Below are positions 11,627 to 21,500 of a stretch of 64,000 nucleotides of DNA, piece by piece; positions within the stretch are counted from its first letter, which is position 1; each line of letters starts with the position of its first letter. A program made the translations under genes and the position numbers. Location of the stretch: contig NC_086100.1 in the NCBI RefSeq assembly GCF_963921235.1, positions 199,642,001-199,706,000 on the forward strand. The letters are read 5' to 3'. Source of the DNA: Mobula hypostoma. Lineage: Eukaryota. The notes beneath the pieces were generated by a model. That model searched no databases. It was not told the DNA's origin and saw nothing but the letters and a program-made list of their open reading frames with translations.

Positions 11627-14600
11627 TATACTAATTTACACCCTACATCCAGACTACTGTTTGGGGGCCTGTAGATAACTCCCATTAGGGTCTTTCTACC
11701 CTTACAATTTCTCAGTTCTATCCAGTTCCAGCTCAAGAAGGGATCGTACAGTATGGCCAAGTGAAATAGGAACTGATGTGGGAGGTGAGGGGAGTAATGA
11801 ATTAAAAGTATTGTATGTGAATGCACGGAGTATAAGAAATAAAGTGCATCAGCTTGAGGCTCAGTTGGAAATTGGTAAGTATGATGTTGTGGGAATAACA
11901 GAGACATGGCTTCAAGTGGACAGGGCCTAGGAAATGAATATTCAAGGGTATACGTCCCATCGAAAGGACAGACTGATGGGCAGAGGGGGTGGGGTGGCTC
12001 TGTTGGTGAGGAATGATATTCAGTCCCTTGCGAGGGGGGACATAGAATCAGGAGACGTAGAGTCAGTATGGATAGAACTGAGAAATTCTCAGGGTAGAAA
12101 GACCCTAATGGGAGTTATCTACAGGCCCCCAAACAGTAGTCTGGATGTGGGGTGTAAGTTGAATCAAGAGTTAAAATTGGCATGTCGCAAAGGTAATGCT
12201 ACAGGTGTTATGGGGAACTTCAACATGCAGGTAAACTGGAGGAATCAGGTTGGTACTGGACCCCAAGAAAGGGAGTTTGTGGAGACCCTCCGAGATGGAT
12301 TCTTAGAACAGCTTGTACTGGAGCCTACCAGAGAGAACGCAATTCTAGATTTAGTGTTGTGCAATGAACCAGATTTGATCAGGGACCTCGAGGTAAAGGA
12401 GCCATTAGGAGGTAGTGACCATAATATGATAAGTTTTAATCTACAATTTGAGAGGGAGAAGGGAAACTCGCAAGTGTCAGTATTACAGTTGAACAAAGGG
12501 AACTATGGTGCTATGAGGGAGGAGCTGGCCAAAGTTGAATGGAACAATACCCTAGCAGGGATGACAGTGGAACAGCAATGGCAAGTGTTTCCGGGAATAA
12601 TGCGGAAGGTGCAGGATCAGTTCATTCCAAAGAAGAAGAAAGATCCCCAGGGGAGTAAGGGGAGGCCGTGGCTGACAAGGGAAGTAATCGACAGTATAAA
12701 AATAAAAGAGAAGAATTATAACATAGCAAAGACGAGTGGGAAGCTGGAGGATTGGGAAACTTTTAAAGAGCAACAGAAGGTAACTAAAAAGGCAATACAT
12801 GGAGAAAAAATAAGGTATGAAGGTAAACTAGCCAAGAATATAAAGGAGGATAGTAAAAGGTTCCTTAGGTATGTGAAAAGGAAAAAAATAGTTAAGACCA
12901 AAATAGGGCCCTTGAAGACAGAAGCAGGTGAATTTATTATGGGGAACAAGGGAATGGCAGACGACTTGAACAGGTACTTTGTATCTGTCTTCACTAGGGA
13001 AGACACAAACAATCTCCCAGATGTAATAGTGGCCAAAGGACCTAGAGTAATGGATGAATTGAAGGAAATTTATATTAGACAGGAATTGGTGTTGGATAGG
13101 CTGTTGGGTCTGAAGGCTGATAAGTCCCCAGGACCTAATGGTCTGCATCCCAGGGTACTTAAGGAGGTGGCTTTAGAAATCGTGGACGCATTGGTAATCA
13201 TTTTCCAATGTTCTATAGATTCAGGATCAGTTCCTGTGGATTGGATGGTGGCTAATGTTGTCCCTCTCTTCAAGAAGGGAGGAAGAGAGAACACAGGGAA
13301 TTATAGACCGGTTAGCCTGACATCGGTGGTGGGAAAGATGCTGGAGTCAATTATAAAAGATGAAATTATGACACATTTGGATGCAGTAACAGGATCGGTC
13401 CAAGTCAGCATGGATTTACGAAGGGGAAATAGTGCTTGACTAATCTTCTGGAATTTTTTGAGGATGTAACTATGAAAATGGACAAGGGAGAGCCAGTGGA
13501 TGTAGTGTACCTGGACTTTCAGAAAGCCTTTGATAAAGTCCCACATAGGAGATTAGTGGGCAAGATTAGGGCACATGGTATTGGGGGCAGAGCACTGACA
13601 TGGATTGAAAATTGGCTGGCTGACAGAAAACAAAGAGTAGCGATTAACGGGTCCCTTTCGGAATGGCAGGTGGTGACCAGTGGGGTACCACAGGGTTCAG
13701 TGCTGGGACCGCAGCTATTTACAATATACATTAATGATTTAGATGAAGGGATTAAAAGTAACATTAGCAAATTTGCCGATGACACAAAGCTGGGTGGCAG
13801 TGTGAAATGTGAGGAGGATGTTATAAGAATGCAGGGTGACTTGGACAGGCTGGGTGAGTGGGCAGATGCATGGCAGATGCAGTTTAATGTGGATAAATGT
13901 GAGGTTATCCACTTTGGTGGTAAGAACGGAAAGGCAGATTATTATCTAAATGGAGTCAAGTTAGGAAAAGGGGAAGCACAACCAGATCTAGGTGTTCTTG
14001 TACATCAGTCACTGAAAGCAAGCATGCAAGTACAGCAGGCAGTGAAGAAAGCTAATGGCATGTTGGCCTTCATAACAAGGGGAATTGAGTATAAGAGCAA
14101 AGAGGTCCTTCTGCAGCTGTACAGGGCCCTGGTGAGACCACACCTGGAGTACTGTGTGCAGTTTTGGTCTCCAAATTTGAGGAAGGACATTCTTGCTATT
14201 GAGGGAGTGCAGCATAGGTTCACAAGGTTAATTCCCGGGATGGCGGGACTGTCATATGTTGAAAGATTGGAGCGACTAGGCTTGTATACTCTGGAATTTA
14301 GAAGGCTGAGTTAATCTTATTTAAACATATAAGATTATTAAGGGATTGGACACGCTGGAGGCAGGAAGCATGTTCCCGCTGATGGGTGAGTCCAGAACCG
14401 GAGGCCACAGGGGTAGGCCATTTAGAACGGATTTGAGGAAAAACTTTTTCACCCAGAGAGTGGTGGATATATGGAATGCTCTGCCCCAGAAGGCAGTGGA
14501 GGCCAAGTCTCTGGATGTTTTCAAAAAAGAGATGGATAGAGCTCTTAAAGATAGTTGAATCAAAGGTTATGGAGATACGGCAGGAACTGGATACTGATAG

Positions 14601-14691
14601 TGGATGATCAGCCATGATCACAGTGAATGGCGGTGCTGGCTCAAAGGGACGAATGGCCTACTCCTGCACCTATTGTCTATTGTCTATTGAC
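11627..14691 (+). mobile_element. 5'-truncated CR1 LINE; ORF2 (APE-RT) broken by stop and frameshifts
   Basis: ORFs 11934-13439 and 13436-14314 with APE/RT motifs; (CTATTGT)n tail; TCTTGACT at 11619-11626 and 14692-14699. Confidence 0.95.
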
Positions 14692-14955
14692 TCTTGACTG
14701 TGTCTTTCTGTGTGTTCTGGTATATTCAAAACAAGCTGCAGAGAAACCATATCATGGATTGTCCATCAAATAACTCCACCTCTCTCTCTCTCTGTCTCTC
14801 AGCAGAAATCCCAAAAGTTAGTCTTAGTTCTCTCTTGTGCCTTAAAGTGACAGTCCACAGCAAAAAGGAACCCCAGGGGTTCATAACAGATGTGTCTCTG
14901 ACATTTTTAGCTACACCATCAGGAAGGATTTCTCCAAGATTTCTCGTCCACTTAC

Positions 14956-15039
14956 CGCTGGTAGTTGGTGAGGTTCGCACGGTGGGAACGTGACGAGTCC
15001 CCAAAGATTGCCGAGGAGCAGGAACTGGTCTCGGATGAT
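14956..15039 (-). other. Putative 84-bp coding exon (DHPRPVPAPRQSLGTRHVPTVRTSPTTS) of an unidentified gene
   Basis: cattgccacag acceptor, gtaagt donor, length divisible by 3, paralogues with the same splice sites. Confidence 0.6.
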
Positions 15040-15074
15040 CTGTGGCAATGAAGATTCTCTGGTTCAGTGATGAT

Positions 15075-15121
<47 letters not shown>

Positions 15122-15145
15122 GAAAAAGAGAGAGAGAGATACACA

Positions 15146-15360
15146 CATAAGAACATAAGAAATAGGGGCAGGAGTCGGCCATCCGGCCCGTCGAGCCTGC
15201 TCCGTCATTCAATAAGATCCCGGCTGATCTGGCCATGGACTCATCTCCACCCAACTGCCTTTTCCCCATAACCCGTTATTTCTCTTCTATGCAAAAATCA
15301 ATCCAACCTTGTCTTAAATATATTTACTGAAGTAGCCTCCACTGCTTCATTGGGCAGAGG
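15146..15360 (-). mobile_element. CR1 3'-end fragment
   Basis: LPNEAVEATSVNIFKTRLD remnant, CR1 3' UTR, (TTCTTATG)n tail. Confidence 0.75.
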
Positions 15361-15637
15361 GACTCGGACACAAACACAGAGAGAGCGAGACAGACACACA
15401 CACACACGCACACGTGTTGGGAAAGTTGGGGGGGGAAGAACCAATGGCCGGGGGGAGGAGGTCTGGAGGACGGGGGGGGGGGGTGGTGTCCAGAGGACAG
15501 TGGGGATGTACAGAGGACTGGGGGGGGGGATGGTTAGGGATGTCTGGAATATGGTGGGGGGGATGTACAATGGACTGGGGTATGGGTAGGAATGTCTGGA
15601 ACGGAGGGAGGTGTCCAGAGCAAAGTGGGATGGTATA

Positions 15638-16145
15638 GAGGACTGGGGGATGGGTAGGGATGTCTGGAGGAAGGGGGAGTGGGTGTCTAGAGGAATGGGG
15701 GATGGGTAGGGATGTCTGGAGGAAGGGGAAATGGGTGTCCGGAGGACTGGGGGATGGGTAGGGATGTCTGGAGGAAGGGGGAATGGGTGTCCGGAGGACT
15801 GGGGGATGGGTAGGGATGTCTGGAGGAAGGGGGAGTGGGTGTCTGGAGGACTGGGGGATGGGTAGGGATGTCTGGAGGAAGGGGAAATGGGTGTCCGGAG
15901 GACTGGGGGATGGGTAGGGATGTCTGGAGGAAGGGGGAATGGGTGTCCGGAGGACTGGGGGATGGGTAGGGATGTCTGGAGGAAGGGGGAGTGGGTGTCT
16001 AGAGGACTGGGGGATGGGTAGGGATGTCTGGAGGAAGGGGGAGTGGGTGTCTAGAGGACTGGGGGATGGATATGGATGTCTTCAGGAAGGGGGATTGGGT
16101 GTCTGGAGGACTGGAGGATGGGTAGGGATGTCTGGAGGAAGGGGT
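15638..16145 (+). repeat. G-rich minisatellite, 52-bp unit, about 10 copies
   Basis: GAGGACTGGGGGATGGGTAGGGATGTCTGGAGGAAGGGGGAGTGGGTGTCT(A/G) recurs every 52 bp. Confidence 0.95.
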
Positions 16146-16452
16146 AGGGGTGCTGAGGAAGAGGGAGGGAGGGTTGTTTTGTGGACCAGGGGGTGGTCGA
16201 CCTGGCAGCTTATATACCAGAGCAGTTGGTGCCCCATTGTTTCAGAGATTTGTTGGTTACTGGTGTTGAAGAGATGAGTGCCTCAGAGAAGAGCGATATC
16301 TGCAGAGTTCTCCAGCCCCAGGGACGGGGAGTGTGTGTGTGGTGGGGGGTGAGGTGGAATGAAAGAGTCCACTGGTGGATAATGCCCTCCTGCAGAGTGA
16401 GGAGCGGAGGTCCCATCCCAGACTGGAACCACCACGGTCATTGTCCACTTAC

Positions 16453-16557
16453 CACTGGGTGCAGGGCAGGAGCTTTTCACCAGAAGGGTGATCCCCACTG
16501 TGGGAATGTGGCGAGTCCCCGGACATCTCCGGGGACCTGGAACTGGTCTCGGACCAT
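16453..16557 (-). other. Putative 105-bp coding exon (DGPRPVPGPRRCPGTRHIPTVGITLLVKSSCPAPS), paralogous to the 84-bp exon
   Basis: catagccacag acceptor, gtaagtggac donor; several differences from the 84-bp exon are synonymous in the phase-1 frame. Confidence 0.6.
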
Positions 16558-16624
16558 CTGTGGCTATGAAAATTCCGTGACTGAAGGAAGATTCACATGA
16601 ACACACGGACACCCACACACTCAG

Positions 16625-17030
16625 CTGAGTTATAGGGAAAGGTGGAATAGGTTCGGACTCCATTCCCTGGAGTGCAGGAGACTGAGAGGAGATTTGATAG
16701 AGGTATACAAAGTGATGAGGGGTGTAGATAGGGTAAATACAAGCAGACTTTACCCACTGAGTTCAGGTGAGGTCATGGGTTAAGGGTGAAAGGTGAGAAG
16801 TTTACGGGGGAACATGAGGCAGAACTTCTTCACTCAGAGGGTTGGGAGAGTGTGGAATGAGGTGCCAGCACAAGTGGTGCTTGCCAGCTCAGTTTCAATG
16901 TCTAAGGGAAGTTTGGATAGGTACACGGTTGGTCGGGGTATGGAGGGCTATGGTCAGTGGGAGTAGGCAGATTAATGGTTCCGTACTGTCTGGATGGGCT
17001 GTAGGGCCTGTTTCCGTGTGTTCATGACTA
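16625..17030 (+). mobile_element. Old CR1 3'-end remnant
   Basis: LSYRERWNRFGLHSLECRRLRGDLIEVYK-like remnant plus 3' UTR. Confidence 0.75.
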
Positions 17031-17571
17031 TCTCTCTCTCTCTCTCTGACACTGACACTGACACTGACACACACACACACACACTTGGCAGCGCAGTAGA
17101 TATGGCAATTGCGCTTGTGAATTTGCACGTGTGAGCTGATTATTATTTAATCGTGATAGTATTTAACTCCATTCTTGTCGTCGGAGTGCTTGTCGAGACT
17201 TGGACAGAGCATAGCAACGCTTCCCTGCTGTTTTACATTTGGCCTTCCCTGAGCTACTGGACTTTCGAAATCAACTGACTGAAGACCAGCGGTATTTGTT
17301 TCATGATTAGATGTTCTTTTCAGCTGCAGTGTAGGCTTCGTTTTCCTTTTGAGAGTATTAGTCAACAGCCCTGTTTGGTATAGCGTTTATTGTTTAATTT
17401 TCCTGTTTTGTATCAAAGTCTGTGAACTTCGACCTGCTTCAATGTCTCTCACTCCACACTTGGGCCATAACTGAACTGTGGTGACAGTTATCGGAACCAA
17501 GTTTCCCAGACCTTCTCGCTCCCACCGAGCTGGAATACCCAGCCCCACATCTAAACCCTCCACCTACAACA

Positions 17572-17993
17572 TAGTCATAGTCATACTTTATTGATCCCGG
17601 GGGAAATTGGTTTTCGTTACAGTTGCACCATAAATAACTTAAAAGTAATAAAACCATAAATAGTTAAATAGTAATATGTAAATTATGCCAGTAAATTATG
17701 AAATAAGTCCAGGACCAGCCTATTGGCTCAGGGTGTCTGACCCTCCAAGGGAGGAGTTGTGAAGTTTGATGGCCACAGGCAGGAGTGACTTCCTGTGACG
17801 CTCTGTGCTGCATCTCGGTGGAATGAGTCTCTGGCTGAATGTACTCCTGTGCCCACCCAGTACATTATTTAGTGGATGGGAGATATTGTCCAAGATGGCA
17901 TGCAACTTGGACAGCATCCTCTTTTCAGACACCACCGTCAGAGAGTCCAGTTCCATCCCCACAACATCACTGGCCTTACGAGTGAGTTTGTTA
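17572..17993 (-). mobile_element. Rex1 LINE (family C) 3' fragment
   Basis: NKLTRKASDVVG..RLIPPRCSTERHRKS..VAIKL, AATAAA and (GACTAT)n tail. Confidence 0.88.
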
Positions 17994-18266
17994 ACCCTGG
18001 CACTGACTCTTCCCCATCCCACCACCCTCCGCCACCAACTCTCCTCCCCCACCCTACTGAGCACACATCCAGTGACCATCGACACCCACCAACCTGCACC
18101 CACTGACTCTCTCCACCCCACCGACCATCCACCCGCACCCAGCGACCCTACACCCGCTCCCGATCCTGACCCGTGTCCTTGGGGCTCCGCGTGATCCGCT
18201 CCCTCGGTAAGTCCATGTGGCGGGGAGCAGCTGTGTGTTTGGCGGTGAGAAGACCCTTCCCCTCAC

Positions 18267-18306
18267 CCGGAGCACGGCGCAGGGAATTCCACGGGTTGGG
18301 CAGTGT
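18267..18306 (-). other. Possible 40-bp exon
   Basis: Strong acceptor ctctgcctcttccctacag and donor gtgagg; inclusion would shift the frame. Confidence 0.35.
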
Positions 18307-18364
18307 CTGTAGGGAAGAGGCAGAGTCAATGGCTGGTGAGGGGTCTCACTGTGAGAGAGCTGAC

Positions 18365-18700
18365 ACCACCTTCCACTGTGATCCGGACACAGGAACCCCC
18401 ACCTTCCACTGTGATCCGGACACAGGAACCCCCACCTTCCACTGTGATCTGGACACAGGACCCCTTACCCCACCTTCCACTGTGATCCGGACACAGGACC
18501 CCTCACCCCACCTTCCACTGTGATCCGGACACAGGACCCCTCACCCCACCTTCCACTGTGATCCGGACACAGGAACCCCCACCCACCTTCCACTGTGATC
18601 CGGACACAGGACCCCTCCCCCATCCACCCACCTTCCACTGTGATCCGGACACAGGACCCCCCCCCCACCCACCTTCCACTGTGATCCGGACACAGGACAC
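18365..18700 (+). repeat. Minisatellite, 9 copies of CCACCTTCCACTGTGATCCGGACACAGGA with variable C-rich linkers
   Basis: Direct inspection; period 33-45 bp. Confidence 0.95.
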
Positions 18701-18864
18701 CCACCGCGACCGAACCCACACGAAGGCCATCCCCGAGCAGAGGAGCGGCCCATCGCTCCACCTCCCTCGACCCCTGGTCATGCGGGACCGGTCCCGGACA
18801 GCCGCGTCGGACGGCAGCATGTCCCAAAGGACGCGAGGGCTCAGGGCGCGGTACAGAGGCTCAC

Positions 18865-19000
18865 CGACAGACTCTTGCTTCCAATGTGTGGACATGCGAG
18901 ATGAGCTCGTTCTGAAAGGGTGCGGAGGAGGGCTTTGACCGCTAGGACTGATGGCCTGGCAATGTTCCGGGTACCGCTGCACAAGGAACGTAGACACCAT
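18865..19000 (-). other. Possible first coding exon in a CpG-rich patch (MVSTFLVQRYPEH...MSTHWKQESV)
   Basis: ATG at 19000, open frame to a phase-1 gtgag donor at 18864, CpG-dense surroundings. Confidence 0.4.
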
Positions 19001-19124
19001 GGGCGTGTTCCCGGGCAGGCAGGCAGGCACCGGAACAGATAATGTAATGACAGTAATAGCTTTAATTAGAGAGCACTTTTCACGCAGATGAAGTAGTTCT
19101 AAGTGTTTTACAGTGGGATAAAAG

Positions 19125-19987
19125 CAGGGGTGCGGTGCTGCCGGAGCTCATCAGAGCGCCGTTCCGGCACCTCTGTTTAAAAAAAAGTCAAAATGAACAA
19201 GCGGGGAATTTAACAGCGGCCGCATATTAAATAGAGGGAATTTTACGGAAGCGGGGGTTGGGGACACGGGGTGGTGGCTGGTTGGGAAAGTCACCTCTAA
19301 ATCAAAAGGAACTGTCTGAATGTGCCTCTCAATTAGAACAACAAATTTTCAATGTAGGCCGTGTTCTGGGCACCAGGTGGGTAGCTAGCTCGTTTCGAAC
19401 AGTTTCAGCAGTGGCAAAATTATGAAGCACTGTGTTTTCATTTTGAAAAAGCAATGAAGGATGAAACAAGATCTGGAAGTGAAGAAAAACCTATGAAGGT
19501 CTGTTGAAAAGACTCTCTTCAGAACAGTTTTTATTGGGCTTAGCTCTAATGTATGACACATTGCATGAACTTGGTTTACTGTCAGAGTATTTACAGAAAC
19601 GCACTATCATTGTTTATACGGACAAACTGATCCAACGGAGCATAAGATCACTGCAAGGACTGAAAGAGTAACCTGGTACAAAAACCCTAGAAGCTCAAGA
19701 GGCAGTTGAAAAGGGGAGGTTTGGAGAAATTACCTTAACAAGCAACAACAAAATTGTCTCCATTAATTATCTACAGTTTCTTACTAGTCAAAAATAACTT
19801 GCAGTACCGTATGTTCACGGCAACATCATTGAAAGGTTCTCCAACTTCTAAGCCTCTAAACCTCAAAGTATGTGTAAATCCTTGCTAAATTAAGTAAGTG
19901 TGTGTCCTTGATAAAGATAACTGGCCTGCTGAAATACCGCCTGATGATGGAGAAGCTGCAATATCATCTCTCTGTAAGAGGTTTAAA
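19125..19987 (+). mobile_element. Left end and transposase remnant of a KIAA1586/ZNF862-like hAT transposon (duplicated copy)
   Basis: TIR CAGGGGTGCGGTGCT preceded by GATAAAAG; degenerate SPLNQKELSECASQLEQQIFNVGRVLGTRWVASSFRTVSAV..NYEALCFHF..LALMYDTLHELGLLSEYLQKR. Confidence 0.82.
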
Positions 19988-20543
19988 TGTAACTGTCTCA
20001 GGGACATGTTTCATTGAGATGTTTATTTTATATGTTTTTCTCAAATTCATGATTATTTTATCTCCTTAAAATATTTTATGTAAGGTTTATTTAATGTAGA
20101 GTGGAACGGGTCACGTGGCCAGAGTTTAACGAAAGCATGACTGTGGCATTATGGGTCAGAACCAACGTGGAAGCAGAGAAAGACCCACGACCCTAAAGTA
20201 ATCTTATACTGCATGTGGTCCAAGAGGTACACACGGTAATTGGTTTTCTGAATTTGTTTTATATAATGTTGTTGAGGTGTCTTTATATGAACAGTGTGAT
20301 ACGTTTTAGTGACTTATTTGATTTCAGTACACTTCTGATGTGCTAAGGTGTTTGGGCTTGTTTATCGGCAAACACGAGCTTGAGAGACTTTAAAAGAATC
20401 AGGGATGTATGTTTCAAACTTTATATCCTTTATTTTCTTGTAGTTTTCACGGTGTCTACTGAAGAGAGAGGGAAATAAAAATAAATCTTCAAGGACATCT
20501 GTATGTTGCATGGGCATTAGTTCATTGGACTGGTGCAGTTACA
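19988..20543 (+). mobile_element. Solo LTR (556 bp) inserted in the hAT transposase; second copy 37080-37635
   Basis: TGTAACTG...CAGTTACA ends, AATAAA near 20474, flanks TTAAA/TTAAG (5 bp, 1 mismatch; BEL/Pao- or Copia-like). Confidence 0.75.
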
Positions 20544-20559
20544 TTAAGCTTTCTTCTTC

Positions 20560-21165
20560 CTTGTTTATTCAGTCCTCATTTATTGTCATTTAGAAATGAT
20601 ACAATGTTCCTCCAGAATGATATCACAAGAAAAACACAGGAGAAACGAAGACTAAAACTGACAAAATCACATAATTATAACATATAGTTACAACAGTGCA
20701 AAGCAATACCATAAAGAGCAGACCATGGGCAGGGTAAAAAAAAGTCTCAAAGTCTCGATAGCCTCATCATCTCACGCAGACAGTAGAAGGGACAGTAGAC
20801 TCTCCCTGCCATGAACCTCCAGCGCCGCAGACTTGCTGATGCAGCACCCTGGAAGCACCCGACCACAGCCGACTCTTGAGTCCGTCCGAAAACTTCGAGC
20901 CTCCGACCAGCCCTACGACACCGAGCACTGAGCACCATCTCTGCCGAGTGTTTCGACCCCGTCCCGGCCACCGAGCAACAAGCAAAGCCGAGGACTCGGG
21001 GCCTTCCCCTCCGGAAATTCTGGATCACACAGTAGCAGCGGCAGTGAAGCAGGCATTTCAGAAGTTTCACCAGATGTTCCTCCGTGCTCTCACGTCCATC
21101 TCCATCAAATCAGGATTGTGCACGGCACCTACTTAACAAATACGATATCATTTGGAGCGCCCGCC
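20560..21165 (-). mobile_element. Probable non-autonomous non-LTR retroposon with Rex1-like 3' end; second copy 37652-38257
   Basis: AATAAA plus short repeat tail and T-rich 3' region resembling Rex1 3' UTRs; GC-rich non-coding body. Confidence 0.5.
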
Positions 21166-21500
21166 TCTAGATGGCTTTTAAATGTTGCTGAAGTGCCCGT
21201 CCCAACTACTGTATCTGGCAGCTCATTCCAAATATTCGACACTCTCTGTGTGAAGAAGCTGACCCGATGACCCTTTTAAATCTCTCCCCTCTGATCTCAA
21301 ACCTGTGCCCTTTTTGTTTTAAACACTCCCTCCGACAGGAAAGTATGTGCATTCCCTGTCTATGTCCCTTCTGATTCATTTACTTCATTCAGGTCTCCCC
21401 TCAATTACCTACGTTCCAGAAATAAAATCCTTTCCACACAACCTCCCCTTGTAACTCAGGCCCCCTGGTCCCTGGTGCAGGCAACATCCTGGTAAATCTT

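Larger units (their letters stand above)
10259..14888 (-). mobile_element. Solo LTR (~1.3 kb net) carrying nested SINE and CR1
   Basis: TGTTA...TAACA ends; GATA/GATG 4-bp flanks; empty site in the paralogue near 44285-44295; AATAAA on the minus strand near 10345. Confidence 0.75.

Noticed and set aside
16181..16600. 139-aa plus-strand ORF, and a possible 82-bp minus-strand exon near 16215-16296
   Set aside because: GTG start, no recognisable domain, antisense to a better-supported exon; the extra exon has a weak donor and a stop in phase 1.
17087..17488. Solo-LTR-like segment (similar doubt for 44938-45423)
   Set aside because: Only one LTR-type terminus is recognisable and no TSD was found.
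18365..18700. CRISPR-like repeat-spacer array
   Set aside because: Linkers are short, C-rich and mutually similar; no cas genes; eukaryotic context. It is a minisatellite.
19290..19987. Host KIAA1586 gene
   Set aside because: Frameshifts and stops, C-terminal part only, enclosed by TIRs and a TSD: a transposon remnant.
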